Shown: piece by piece, positions 1 through 9,268 of the stretch
Position numbering within the stretch: position 1 is the stretch's first letter
Layout: the number at the start of each line of letters is the position of its first letter
DNA from: an uncultured Bdellovibrionales bacterium
GTDB taxonomy: Bacteria > Patescibacteriota > Minisyncoccia > Moranbacterales > UBA1568
Length of the DNA stretch: 38,496 bases
Direction: 5' to 3'
NCBI GenBank assembly: GCA_964357915.1
Contig: CAYHND010000001.1
Span: forward strand, 2,167 to 40,662
Made by a program: the position numbers and the translations under genes
The notes under the pieces: generated by a model
The model's database searches: none
What the model was told of the DNA's origin: nothing
Seen by the model: the letters and a program-made list of their open reading frames with translations, nothing else

Positions 1-815
1 TTGTTCGTAGCATAGGTCATCTCAGTCACCACAATCTGAAACTGCCCCGCTTTGGGTTCCACAATGTCTACCTTGGCACGAGCAGTGATGGGCCCGCGTC
101 CTGTAGCATAGGCTTCTCGAATATCCTTCTGGTTATAAATAATTCCACCCGTTGGGAAGTCTGGCCCTTTTACAAATTCCATCAGATCATCAATAGTAGC
201 TTCTGGATGATCAATCAGGTGTGAGATAGCATCAACGAGCTCATTCAGGTTATGAGGCGGAATGTTGGTAGCCATACCCACAGCAATACCGACCGTACCA
301 TTGAGGAGGAGTTGTGGTAGCTTGGCCGGCAACACGACTGGTTCTTCATGGACACCGTCGAAGTTGGGTATGAAATCTACCGTGTCTTTATCAATATCAA
401 TCAACATCTCTTCGGCAATAGCCTTAAGCTTAGCCTCGGTATAACGATAAGCTGCCGCACTATCACCATCCATAGAGCCGAAGTTTCCTTGTCCCCAGAT
501 GAGCGGATAGCGCAAAGAAAAATCCTGAGCCATACGAACCATCGTGTCATAGACAGCGGTGTCTCCATGAGGATGATACTTACCAAGCACTTCACCGACT
601 ACGGTAGCCGACTTACGAAACTTGGCTGTCGAGCGAAGACCGGTAGACCACATCGAATAGAGGATGCGACGGTGTACTGGCTTCAGACCATCACGAACAT
701 CGGGAAGTGCACGCGACACAATAACGCTCATGGCATAGTCAAGGTATGACTGGCGCATTTCATCAGTCAGTGAACGATCTTCAATTTTCCCGCTATTGTA
801 TATTTCTTCAGACAT
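1..815 (-). CDS. gyrA: DNA gyrase subunit A, N-terminal part (continues beyond the left edge of the window)
   Basis: The reverse-strand translation from the ATG at 815-813 reads [92 protein letters not shown]..., the canonical GyrA N-terminus. It is absent from the ORF track because no stop lies inside the window. Confidence 0.9.
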   Translation of the reverse strand, partial: MSEEIYNSGKIEDRSLTDEMRQSYLDYAMSVIVSRALPDVRDGLKPVHRRILYSMWSTGLRSTAKFRKSATVVGEVLGKYHPHGDTAVYDTMVRMAQDFSLRYPLIWGQGNFGSMDGDSAAAYRYTEAKLKAIAEEMLIDIDKDTVDFIPNFDGVHEEPVVLPAKLPQLLLNGTVGIAVGMATNIPPHNLNELVDAISHLIDHPEATIDDLMEFVKGPDFPTGGIIYNQKDIREAYATGRGPITARAKVDIVEPKAGQFQIVVTEMTYATN

Positions 816-857
816 ACATTCTACTTGTTTCATTATTACACGTTCCCTCATTCATCT

Positions 858-1154
858 CTACTGACCTTCTGGTTGCAAAATTTCTTCCAGTCCAGCTCCT
901 TCGGGTTTTGTCTTGAGCGCTTCATTACTTTCCATCAAAGACTGGAGAGACTTACCTTCTTCTACTGGAAGGGTGGGTAGGGGAACATTGAAACTTTCTT
1001 TAGAGATATCGTTGACACTCTCCTTGAGAGAGAACGCCCAGATAATGACTACAAAAAACATGGTCACACCCAGACACAGGAGCAGATAACGCATACGAAC
1101 GGCTTCTGGTTGTTCACGAATCTCGAGAATCTTTTTTTCAATGCGCTCAATCAT
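858..1154 (-). CDS. small membrane protein, function unknown
   Basis: 98-aa ORF with one hydrophobic helix (YLLLCLGVTMFFVVIIWAF). It is tightly packed between the MBL-fold gene and gyrA on the same strand. Confidence 0.55.
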   Translation of the reverse strand: MIERIEKKILEIREQPEAVRMRYLLLCLGVTMFFVVIIWAFSLKESVNDISKESFNVPLPTLPVEEGKSLQSLMESNEALKTKPEGAGLEEILQPEGQ

Positions 1155-1159
1155 ATTCT

Positions 1160-1822
1160 TTAGAGACCTCGTTCAAGAAAAACCACTTCCATACTCTTAC
1201 CTTCAAGATCTTTTTTCTTCAGTGTAAGTTTGGTCTGTCCACTCTCAGCCGGAGTAATACCGAGTGCATCACAGAAAGCTTTCTTGTCACCCACGCCTGT
1301 CTTAGTGAGACCGGGCAACGCGAAGTGCATAGGGATAACTATACTCGGCTCAATCTTTTTGACCAGATCCGCTGCCAGCGCCACTGAGAGAGTGTCTTCA
1401 CCGCCAATAGGCAGGAACAAAATATCTGTATGAGAAAGTTTATCGAGTATTTCTGGTGACAGCTCATGTCCCAAGGCGCCGAGATAGACCAAATGCAATT
1501 CCTCACTTTCAAAAGCGAAAAAAGTATTGTGTCCGCGCTTTGCTCCCATTACATCATCCGCAAAACTAGGGTAGGCCTGAAAACCAATTCCCTGAGTCGA
1601 GTATTCCCCTGGTATGTCCAAAAGAATAGTCTCTTCCTTCACTTCTGGGGAATTCTTCTCCTCTTGATGAGATAAGAGGAGGATGTGAGGAGTGCCCTGG
1701 GGAGAACGTAGACCAGCTCCTTTAGGTAAAGGATCTGTCCAAATAGTAATGTCATCTGTGGCTCTTCCGCCTGGTTTTGTGGTTATTTTGAAGCAAAAAT
1801 CACCATAGTACTGAATGAGCAT
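1160..1822 (-). CDS. MBL-fold (beta-lactamase-like) hydrolase family protein with a degenerate metal motif
   Basis: 220-aa ORF. Its N-terminus (MLIQYYGDFCFKITT...ILLLSHQEE) resembles UPF0173/UlaG-like MBL-fold proteins, but the HxHxDH motif is not intact. Confidence 0.55.
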   Translation of the reverse strand: MLIQYYGDFCFKITTKPGGRATDDITIWTDPLPKGAGLRSPQGTPHILLLSHQEEKNSPEVKEETILLDIPGEYSTQGIGFQAYPSFADDVMGAKRGHNTFFAFESEELHLVYLGALGHELSPEILDKLSHTDILFLPIGGEDTLSVALAADLVKKIEPSIVIPMHFALPGLTKTGVGDKKAFCDALGITPAESGQTKLTLKKKDLEGKSMEVVFLERGL

Positions 1823-1847
1823 ACCGTAGAAAAAGTAGTTTACTGGC

Positions 1848-2060
1848 TTATTCTAGCACAAACCTACCCGCCATGTCCACGCCCCATAAGACGTTTTTTG
1901 GACGGTAGCTCTTGCCAAAATAGGACTTCCCCGCTATACTGGACACGTTATGGTTACATAAAAAGTTTCCTTTTTTAGGACTTTTCCTTCCATGATGCTT
2001 GCCTAACCTGGTCAGTCTTAAGACAACTGAAGTGAGAAATGCCTTAATTTCTCCATACAT
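1848..2060 (-). CDS. hypothetical small basic protein (70 aa), doubtful
   Basis: The ORF is preceded by a perfect AGGAGG (complement of 2067-2072), 6 nt before the ATG. It has no recognisable family. It lies in a 351-bp divergent intergenic region. Confidence 0.35.
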   Translation of the reverse strand: MYGEIKAFLTSVVLRLTRLGKHHGRKSPKKGNFLCNHNVSSIAGKSYFGKSYRPKNVLWGVDMAGRFVLE

Positions 2061-2173
2061 CCGGCCCCTCCTCTTGAATGAGGTTCCTGATTCTCGTTAC
2101 CAAGCACCATTGAGCGGAAAATGGGGCTTTTTTTAGACCTTTTTAATTATTAACCCCCTAAATCAGATAGCAT

Positions 2174-3298
2174 ATGTCAGAAATTACTCAACCATCTAAA
2201 ATGGGAGCTCTCCTAGAGCAACACCTTCTCGAAATTCCCGAGGTTGGTGATGTTGTCATTGGAACCGTCCTCTACGTCGCCTCCTCTTCAGCCCTGATAG
2301 ATCTTGGTGGTCTTGGTACCGGTATTGTCCTTGGTAAAGAAATGCGTGACGGACTCGGACTCGAAGGTAAGCTCAAGGTAGGTACCCAGGTCAGTGCGAC
2401 TCTCATGGATTTTGAGAACGAAGATGGCTATATAGAGCTCTCAATTCGTGAAGCATCTTATGAAAAGTCATGGGAAGATATCGAGAACAAGCTCACCTCA
2501 CGCGAAGCGGTGACTACCAAAGTCACTGACGCCAATAAGGGAGGTCTCATGGTAGAAATCAACGGTATAGCCGGTTTCCTTCCGGTTTCACAACTGTCTA
2601 GTGAACACTATCCTCGTGTAGAAGACGGTGATAAGAACAAAATCCTTGATCTTTTGAAGAAACTCACCGGTCAGGATGTTATTGTCCGTATTCTTGATGC
2701 TGATCGCGAAAGCGAGAAGCTCATTGTCAGTGAAAAAGCTGCTCAAAGTGAAAAAGAGCGTGAACTTATCAACCTCTTCCAAATCGGTGATGTCGTAGAA
2801 GGCGAGGTTAGTGGCGTTGTTGATTTTGGAGCCTTCGTCAAATTCGCACCAAAAAACGATGGTGTAAGTAAGCCTAATCACGAGAAACTTGAAGGACTGG
2901 TTCATATTTCAGAACTGGCCTGGCAGCTCATCGATGATCCTCGTGAGATGATTAAGACTGGTGACATCGTACAAGCCAAGATCATTGGTATCGAAGAAAC
3001 TCGTATCTCCCTTTCTATGAAAGCTCTGAAGGAAGATCCTTGGACGACTGTTGATCAAAAATACAAAATTGGTGACATGGTGAGTGGTAAAGTAGACAAG
3101 ATCAATCACTTTGGTGCCTTTGTCTACCTTGATGAAGACATCCATGGTCTCGCGCACGTCAGTGAATTCCAAGAAGTGTACCCTGGTAAGAAAATTGAAG
3201 AAGTGTTCCAAGAAGGATCATCTTACAACTGGAAAATCCTTTCCATTGAGGCCAAGACACATCGTATGGGTCTCCTCCCAGTGAAAGACGCTGCCTAA
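2174..3298 (+). CDS. rpsA: 30S ribosomal protein S1 (four S1/OB repeats)
   Basis: 374 aa with repeated S1-domain signatures (GDVV.G.V..V...GA.V.., HISE/HVSE). Confidence 0.85.
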   Translation: MSEITQPSKMGALLEQHLLEIPEVGDVVIGTVLYVASSSALIDLGGLGTGIVLGKEMRDGLGLEGKLKVGTQVSATLMDFENEDGYIELSIREASYEKSWEDIENKLTSREAVTTKVTDANKGGLMVEINGIAGFLPVSQLSSEHYPRVEDGDKNKILDLLKKLTGQDVIVRILDADRESEKLIVSEKAAQSEKERELINLFQIGDVVEGEVSGVVDFGAFVKFAPKNDGVSKPNHEKLEGLVHISELAWQLIDDPREMIKTGDIVQAKIIGIEETRISLSMKALKEDPWTTVDQKYKIGDMVSGKVDKINHFGAFVYLDEDIHGLAHVSEFQEVYPGKKIEEVFQEGSSYNWKILSIEAKTHRMGLLPVKDAA

Positions 3299-3309
3299 GT
3301 CATCTTGTA

Positions 3310-3336
3310 AACATCCTGGTCTCTCCAGGATGTTTT
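3310..3336 (+). terminator. stem-loop after rpsA
   Basis: aacatcctgg (3310-3319) pairs with ccaggatgtt (3325-3334) around a 5-nt loop. The T-run is short. Confidence 0.45.
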
Positions 3337-3359
3337 ACTAGAGGTGTTAGTATACTCTT

Positions 3360-3926
3360 ATGGGAAATGTATTCATCATTTCTGGTCCCTCTGGCTCAGG
3401 CCAAGACACCCTCATCGAAGCCCTCCGTAAAGAGCTTCCTCTTGAACGCGTCGTCACCACAACCACTCGCTCAATGCGTCCAGGTGAGAGTGATGGTCAT
3501 CCCTATCACTTCATCAGCAAAGACCACTTTGCTGAACTCCGTAAGAATGGCTCTTTTGTGGAATGTGCTGAGACATACAATGGGGAATGGTACGGTGTAG
3601 AGAGGAAAGATCTCGAGATAGCCTTCGCTTCCAAAAACATTGTTATTTGGAAAATGGACTACAAGGGTGTCGCCACAGTCAAAAAACAGTTCCCTCATAT
3701 TATCTCTTTTCTCATAGAAGTGCCTGAAGAAGTTCTTCGTCAACGTCTTATCAAAAGAGACAACCCGAGTGAAGAATACTTACAAGCTCGTATGGAGTAC
3801 ACCAATGAGTGGGTCGCTAGCAAACAACTCTATGACTACTGTATCAAAAATGAAGAAGGGCACCTCGATGAAGCCGTCGCAAGTATCAAGGCCATCATCG
3901 AGCAAGAAGTTGCCTCTGAAGTTTAA
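3360..3926 (+). CDS. gmk: guanylate kinase
   Basis: P-loop GPSGSGQDTL and TTTRSMRPGESDGHPYHFIS, typical of Gmk. Confidence 0.9.
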   Translation: MGNVFIISGPSGSGQDTLIEALRKELPLERVVTTTTRSMRPGESDGHPYHFISKDHFAELRKNGSFVECAETYNGEWYGVERKDLEIAFASKNIVIWKMDYKGVATVKKQFPHIISFLIEVPEEVLRQRLIKRDNPSEEYLQARMEYTNEWVASKQLYDYCIKNEEGHLDEAVASIKAIIEQEVASEV

Positions 3927-3942
3927 CGCTTTCGAAAAAAGA

Positions 3943-4884
3943 GTGCTTGCTTTTGGTACGGAGCAGACACTTTGGCACAAGAACGATACTCTTGTTCTGG
4001 CTCTTTCTGGTGGAGCTGATAGTACCGCCTTACTCCATATCTTTCTCACTCTGGCTCACAAAGAAAATTTTCGGCTGGTGATTGCTCATGTTAATTATGG
4101 CTTGCGAGGAACAGAGTCATCTGGTGATGCCTCTTTCGTAGAAGGCCTAGCCACGAAGTATTCCCTCCCCTTTCATCTTCTCACCGTCAAGAAAACTGAC
4201 CGCAAAAAAGATGAGGCTAGTCTCCGCGCTATTCGTTACGATTTTTTTTCCCAAGTGTTGAAAAAAGAAAAAGCTACTGCCGTTGTCTTAGGTCATCACA
4301 AAGATGATCAGGCCGAGACATTTCTTTTGCGTCTACTCCGTGGTTCGGGAGCAACTGGTCTTCAAGCCATGCAGCCCAAAAGAGACTTCTATATTCGTCC
4401 GTTTCTTTTTGCGACTCGGAAAGAAATTCGTCACTACCTGACATCCAAAAGTATTCCCTTCCGAAATGACAGCAGTAATATCGATACTCGCTACCTCAGA
4501 AATAAAATTCGTCACGAGCTCATTCCCCTGCTTGAGAATGACTATCAATCTAATATTACAAATATCCTCGCCGACACCGCTCTGCGTCTTTCTGAAACAC
4601 CGGTCGCTTCTCTCAAAACCCTTTCTCTCTCAGTACTTGAAAAAAAGAACTCACTCACTTTTTCTTTAGCAGAACTCCTTGCTCTGCCTAGCTCTACTCG
4701 CCTAGTTTTCCTTCGTAGTATCCTCAGCGAGCTTCTCCCCTATCCCATCTCCCATAGTCTCTCTCGGGAGATTGAAAAAGCCCTCAAAAGCACCAAGAAT
4801 AAAGTCTCGCAAGTGTCATTTCGTGGCTTGAAAATAACAAAAAAAGGTGCTACAGTGACCCTACAGAAAATTTCTCTCGACTAA
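3943..4884 (+). CDS. tilS: tRNA(Ile)-lysidine synthase
   Basis: PP-loop LALSGGADSTALL plus a HHKDDQAET-type motif. The start is uncertain. In-frame candidates are ATG 3868, TTG 3910 and GTG 3943, and the track ORF start at 3769 overlaps gmk. Confidence 0.8.
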   Translation: MLAFGTEQTLWHKNDTLVLALSGGADSTALLHIFLTLAHKENFRLVIAHVNYGLRGTESSGDASFVEGLATKYSLPFHLLTVKKTDRKKDEASLRAIRYDFFSQVLKKEKATAVVLGHHKDDQAETFLLRLLRGSGATGLQAMQPKRDFYIRPFLFATRKEIRHYLTSKSIPFRNDSSNIDTRYLRNKIRHELIPLLENDYQSNITNILADTALRLSETPVASLKTLSLSVLEKKNSLTFSLAELLALPSSTRLVFLRSILSELLPYPISHSLSREIEKALKSTKNKVSQVSFRGLKITKKGATVTLQKISLD

Positions 4885-4899
4885 CCTATACCACTATTT

Positions 4900-6726
4900 A
4901 TGGACAAAATCATCAAAAATCTTACCCCGTATTTCTTCGTCGCTATCCTTGTTTTCGGCGTTATTATTCTCTACCAAGGACCTGCCCAAAAAGAAAAAGA
5001 GGTTTCCCTGAATAGCCTCGTCAGCCAGATCAATGATGGTCAAGTCAAGGCGATTACCGTTGAGGGCAGCGCTCTTTCTATTGAGCTTGCTGATGACACC
5101 AAACAAAAGGCTCGCAAAGAAAACGAGGCCTCTCTGACTGAGACCCTCTCTAACTACGATGTAAACCAAGAAAAACTGGCGGCTGTTGCCATCACTATCA
5201 AAGAACCCTCTGGTTTTGCTTTCTGGGCAGCTACTCTTCTTCCATTTCTTTTGCCGTTGTTTCTGATTGGTCTCTTTATCTGGTTCATGCTGCGTCAAGC
5301 TCAGCGTGGTAATTCTCAAGCCCTTTCTTTTGGAATGAGTCGTGCCCGTATGAGTGATCCGAATGACAAGAAGAAACAAGTCTTGTTCAAAGACATCGCT
5401 GGCAGTATCGAAGCCAAAATGGAACTCGAAGAGGTCGTTGATTTTCTCCGTCAGCCAAAGAAATTCCTAGACATGGGTGCCAAGATACCCAAAGGCGTTC
5501 TTCTTCTTGGTTCCCCAGGAACAGGAAAAACCCTCATGGCCAAGGCCGTTGCTGGTGAAGCGGGTGTACCCTTTTTCAACATCAGTGGTTCAGAGTTTGT
5601 GGAAATGTTTGTCGGTGTTGGTGCTAGTCGTGTCCGTGACCTCTTCAAACAAGCTCGCAAGAATGCCCCAGCCATTGTCTTCATAGATGAAATTGACGCT
5701 GTGGGTCGTCATCGTGGCGCTGGTCTTGGCGGTGGCCATGATGAACGAGAACAAACCCTCAACCAGATTCTTGTTGAAATGGATGGCTTTGAAACAGAGA
5801 CTAATGTCATTGTCATCGCTGCTACCAATCGTCCCGACGTTCTCGATCCAGCCCTCCTTCGTCCTGGTCGCTTTGACCGCCGAGTGACTATGGATCTGCC
5901 TGACATCAACGACCGTGAGCAGATTCTCCTTATTCACACCAAGAATAAAAACCTGGAACCCGAAGTAAAACCTCGTGTCTTAGCTGAGCGTACTCCTGGT
6001 TTTTCTGGAGCTGACTTAGCTAACTTGGTCAATGAAGCCGCTATTCTAGCTACTCGTCGCGATAAGACGTCTATTGGTATGGCCGAACTGACTGAGTCTA
6101 TCGAGAAAGTCATTCTCGGACCAGAACGTCGTAGTCGTGTGATTAGTCCAAACGAGAAGAAGATCGTGGCGTATCACGAAAGTGGTCATGCTCTAGTGGG
6201 AGCCAGCCTCAAGTACGCTGACCCAGTGCAGAAGGTTTCTATCATCTCACGTGGTCATGCTGGAGGCTACACCCTGGCCGTACCTTCTGAAGACAAGACC
6301 CTGCATTCAAGAGAGTACTACTACGATGAACTCGCGATGCTCCTTGGTGGCTACGCGAGTGAGAAACTCATCTTTGATGACATCACCACTGGTCCATCCA
6401 ATGACCTGGAGCGGGCTACTCAAATGGCTCGCAACATGGTCACTCGCTACGGTATGAGTCGTCTCGGTGCCCGTACCTTCGGCAAGAAAGAAGAGCTTGT
6501 CTTTCTTGGTCGTGAAATGCATGAAGAAAAAAACTACTCTGAAAAAACCGCTGAGTCTATCGACATAGAAGTCTCACATCTTATCGACGAAGCCTTTAAG
6601 CATGCTACTGACATCTTAGTCAAGAGAAGAAAGACTCTCGAAACATTAGCGCAAACCCTTCTCGAAAAAGAAACTATCGAGAAAGAAGAGTTTGAAAGTA
6701 TCGTAAACTCTAATCTCGACAAGTAA
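4900..6726 (+). CDS. ftsH: ATP-dependent zinc metalloprotease FtsH
   Basis: N-terminal TM segments, Walker A GSPGTGKT, an AAA second region of homology, and zinc motif HESGH. Confidence 0.95.
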   Translation: MDKIIKNLTPYFFVAILVFGVIILYQGPAQKEKEVSLNSLVSQINDGQVKAITVEGSALSIELADDTKQKARKENEASLTETLSNYDVNQEKLAAVAITIKEPSGFAFWAATLLPFLLPLFLIGLFIWFMLRQAQRGNSQALSFGMSRARMSDPNDKKKQVLFKDIAGSIEAKMELEEVVDFLRQPKKFLDMGAKIPKGVLLLGSPGTGKTLMAKAVAGEAGVPFFNISGSEFVEMFVGVGASRVRDLFKQARKNAPAIVFIDEIDAVGRHRGAGLGGGHDEREQTLNQILVEMDGFETETNVIVIAATNRPDVLDPALLRPGRFDRRVTMDLPDINDREQILLIHTKNKNLEPEVKPRVLAERTPGFSGADLANLVNEAAILATRRDKTSIGMAELTESIEKVILGPERRSRVISPNEKKIVAYHESGHALVGASLKYADPVQKVSIISRGHAGGYTLAVPSEDKTLHSREYYYDELAMLLGGYASEKLIFDDITTGPSNDLERATQMARNMVTRYGMSRLGARTFGKKEELVFLGREMHEEKNYSEKTAESIDIEVSHLIDEAFKHATDILVKRRKTLETLAQTLLEKETIEKEEFESIVNSNLDK

Positions 6727-6809
6727 TCTTGTTTTTTCCCAACACCTCTGGTATCATGCCCTTCGTATTGAAATGTATTTCGTACGAAGGGTGATGCTAG
6801 TTATAAAAT

Positions 6810-6883
6810 GAGTCTGTAGCTCAGCTGGTTAGAGCGCTACATTGACATTGTAGAGGTCTCCAGTTCGAATCTGGACAGACTCA
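6810..6883 (+). tRNA. tRNA-Val (anticodon GAC)
   Basis: Hand-folded cloverleaf: acceptor gagtctg/cagactc, anticodon stem ctaca/tgtag with loop ttGACat, T-loop ttcgaat. No encoded CCA. Confidence 0.9.
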
Positions 6884-6902
6884 CACTCATACACACAAAG
6901 AT

Positions 6903-6936
6903 AAAAAGCTCCTATAAAGGAGCTTTTTGATTTTTT
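6903..6936. terminator. bidirectional rho-independent terminator
   Basis: aaaaagctcct-ataa-aggagcttttt is followed by tttttt. It lies between plus-strand tRNA-Val and the stop of the minus-strand gene at 6953. Confidence 0.65.
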
Positions 6937-6952
6937 GCTTATAGTAGACCCT

Positions 6953-8047
6953 CTAGCAAGAAGCTGCGCCAGAGAAGCACGGTGTTCCCTGGGGATTACT
7001 GACTGGCAATGAAGGTTTTTTGATAGGGCTGGTTGTACCAATACCACCAGTGGTCTGATTGACCCGAGTGTTGAGAATCCCGCCTGCTGGTCCCAAGATA
7101 CCTTCAGCATCAGAAATAGCTCTGTTGGTCTGAGAATTGATAGTCCCGATTTCTTGACGGATGGTACGTTGGATGGAACCAGTCCCCCGCTGAATCACCT
7201 GGGTGATGGTACGGTTGACGACAGAACTGACTACTCCTCCGAGAAACTCTGCCGGATTGTCAGCGCCTACGATAATTTTGTTACCAAGGGTAGTGACATC
7301 ATCTATCAAATTCTGTACCGTTCCAGCCGTGGTGATGACATTCCCAGCGGCATCAAGAATTGGCTTGGTGCCAGAACTCTGAGCAATCACTTCTTGCTCT
7401 TTCTTTTTGTCTTCCAGCGTTTTGTTGTAGAGTTGCTCAGCCGCTATAGAAATACCAATCGGATTATTGGCTGGACTCGCTACGAGACAATTGATGGCTC
7501 GAAAATCTCCTTCAGCAATGGCTACTCTAGGATCGCTGTTACCCGTGTTACATTCAGCAAAGTTGTTCTTAGGAATTTTCTCAGCATTGACGGTAGACTT
7601 CAACACTGCTTCTTTGAGATAGCTATTGTAGTTGCCAGTAACCTTACTCCCCTGCAAGGCATCTACATAGTTAGCGCCAGACTCTGTGCCACGAAGTGAC
7701 TGGGAAAGAAAATCCTTAGTAATCACTCTGTTGGCTTTCTCTTCAGGTATGGTAGTCAGAAACTGCTCGAAATTATAGATAACACTACTCTCTCCAAGAC
7801 TACCGTCAATGAGTTGAAAAACCTGATTATTCAAAAGTTGGACAGCTGCTACTTTCAATGTTCCCAGCAGAGCCCCCTCTATCTGACGCTTGATACTCTC
7901 AATAGTAGTCTGCATGATAGCGGCCGCTATCGACTCCCCCCAAGCTCCAGCATGGGCTTTGGGAGCAGAGGTCATAAAAAGACTTACCACAAAGAAGGTA
8001 ACGATTATCTTTTTATTTCTCATACTCATTACACGGAACTTTGTCAT
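6953..8047 (-). CDS. secreted protein, function unknown
   Basis: 364-aa ORF with a signal-peptide-like N-terminus (MSMRNKKIIVTFFVVSLFMTSAPKAHA). Alternative starts are at 8029 and 8023. No recognisable domain. Confidence 0.7.
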   Translation of the reverse strand: MTKFRVMSMRNKKIIVTFFVVSLFMTSAPKAHAGAWGESIAAAIMQTTIESIKRQIEGALLGTLKVAAVQLLNNQVFQLIDGSLGESSVIYNFEQFLTTIPEEKANRVITKDFLSQSLRGTESGANYVDALQGSKVTGNYNSYLKEAVLKSTVNAEKIPKNNFAECNTGNSDPRVAIAEGDFRAINCLVASPANNPIGISIAAEQLYNKTLEDKKKEQEVIAQSSGTKPILDAAGNVITTAGTVQNLIDDVTTLGNKIIVGADNPAEFLGGVVSSVVNRTITQVIQRGTGSIQRTIRQEIGTINSQTNRAISDAEGILGPAGGILNTRVNQTTGGIGTTSPIKKPSLPVSNPQGTPCFSGAASC

Positions 8048-8052
8048 AGTAT

Positions 8053-9030
8053 CTATAATTCGAGTGGGATATCTACAATCTCATATTTTTCCAGAGCTCC
8101 CTGAACTTCACTGACAAACTGAGTTGATACACCAAGAAGACCTTGCAAACGTGAAAGTACCGCTATCTGACCGAGTGGGTCATCACTGGCTGGATTGATT
8201 TCTTGTTTGAGTGAGACCGCATAGAGCCCCATCTTGAGCGCCTTGATATGAATATCAAGCATTGCCTCTGGTACTTCGAGTTTCTGACTCTCATCAAGAA
8301 TCTTTTGGCCACGCTCTGCGAGTGTATTAGTAAAATCTTTATTACCGCTTGCCAGTGTCAAAACAGCTTGATTAGAGAGGTTACCCAACATCCCGCCAAA
8401 TTCATCCTCGTTGCTAAACTGGGCTGGAGAGTTGTCTACTACGATGTAGGACATAACGGTGAGGTATTCCAAGACATCTTTACGCTCCTGTGCTATGCGT
8501 TCTTTTTCTTTCAAACTACTACTCGGCGCTTTCTTTATTTTGATACTTGCCACATCTACTTCTGGTAAAGTAATTTCAGTTGATTGACTGGAGAGAGCTT
8601 GCTCCACTGCTCCGTTGATCTGATCAAAGGTGATCTCTTTGTTCTCACTGTCTATAGTACTGAGGACTCCGGAAATTTGTTGAGAGACTTCGTTTGTAAG
8701 GTTCGGACCTGACTCATTTAACTCTGTGGTCGTTTTCCTTTTTTCTTCATCCCCTGCCACAATGCGATCCCCTGGTGCTGGCAGTAATGGATTGTAACCA
8801 CTCTCTACCTCTACTCCATCAGAGTAGCCATCGCCATCTGTATCGGCTTTGTCCGGATTAGTACCATAAAGTTTTTCTTCATCAAGAGAAAGATTATCCT
8901 GATCACTATCAACGAAGATGTTTTTTGCGCTGCTCGTTGATTCTGCATCTACTGCCAAAAAACTCACTAGAAAAAAAAGTCCTAAAAAAAGACTGAGTGT
9001 AAGTTTGTCACGAAAAAATAAATATCCCAT
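8053..9030 (-). CDS. secreted protein with a thrombospondin-type-3-like calcium-binding repeat
   Basis: Signal or anchor helix followed by DSDQDNLSLDEEKLYGTNPDKADTDGDGYSDGVEVESGYNPL (a DxDxDG-type acidic repeat). Confidence 0.7.
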   Translation of the reverse strand: MGYLFFRDKLTLSLFLGLFFLVSFLAVDAESTSSAKNIFVDSDQDNLSLDEEKLYGTNPDKADTDGDGYSDGVEVESGYNPLLPAPGDRIVAGDEEKRKTTTELNESGPNLTNEVSQQISGVLSTIDSENKEITFDQINGAVEQALSSQSTEITLPEVDVASIKIKKAPSSSLKEKERIAQERKDVLEYLTVMSYIVVDNSPAQFSNEDEFGGMLGNLSNQAVLTLASGNKDFTNTLAERGQKILDESQKLEVPEAMLDIHIKALKMGLYAVSLKQEINPASDDPLGQIAVLSRLQGLLGVSTQFVSEVQGALEKYEIVDIPLEL

Positions 9031-9053
9031 ATCAAGTTCTTTTTGTTTTTTCT

Positions 9054-9062
9054 AGTATATCA
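9054..9062 (-). promoter_or_regulatory. candidate extended -10 element (TGaTATACT on the minus strand) for the 9030-6953 genes
   Basis: The reverse complement of agtatatca is tgatatact, about 25 nt upstream of the ATG at 9030. Confidence 0.3.
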
Positions 9063-9268
9063 TTGAATAGCAAAAAATTGTACGCCAACCCTGCTAAGTA
9101 TCCCGTTTGTGATTACTATAAATTACTCGTAAGCAGTTTCATCAAAAAAACTTCTTTCAACCTTTATAGCTGTGGTATTACTACCTATCAAATCTCGTAT
9201 ATATTGAAGGATCTTTATATTTTTATATAAAATACTATACAATATATAATACAAAATGTCAATATATA

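Noticed and set aside
1940-2060. SRP RNA or RNase P RNA motifs on the minus strand (ACCAGGTTAGG...GGAAGGAAAAGTCC; GGGGAAGTCC)
   Set aside because: The local resemblance to ACCAGGUCAGG..GGAAGGAAGCAGCC (4.5S) and GAGGAAAGUCC (RNase P CR-I) is not backed by the required complementary strands. No AGCAGC side, no closing helix and no CR-V partner are present.
3769-3942. Long 5' extension of the tilS ORF overlapping the last 158 nt of gmk
   Set aside because: The extension is out of frame with gmk, has no TilS-like sequence, and is unnecessary. In-frame ATG, TTG and GTG starts closer to the PP-loop give a normal-length TilS.
5451-5937. Antisense or out-of-frame ORFs nested in ftsH, and similar nested ORFs in rpsA, nrdA, nrdB, dnaA, the PBP gene, the flippase gene and others
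   Set aside because: Each lies entirely inside a confidently identified gene, and none has a recognisable motif or an independent start signal.
9180-9268. TATA-rich low-complexity tract downstream of the parS-bearing gene
   Set aside because: It has no defined repeat unit or palindrome. It is probably just AT-rich promoter or spacer DNA for the next operon.
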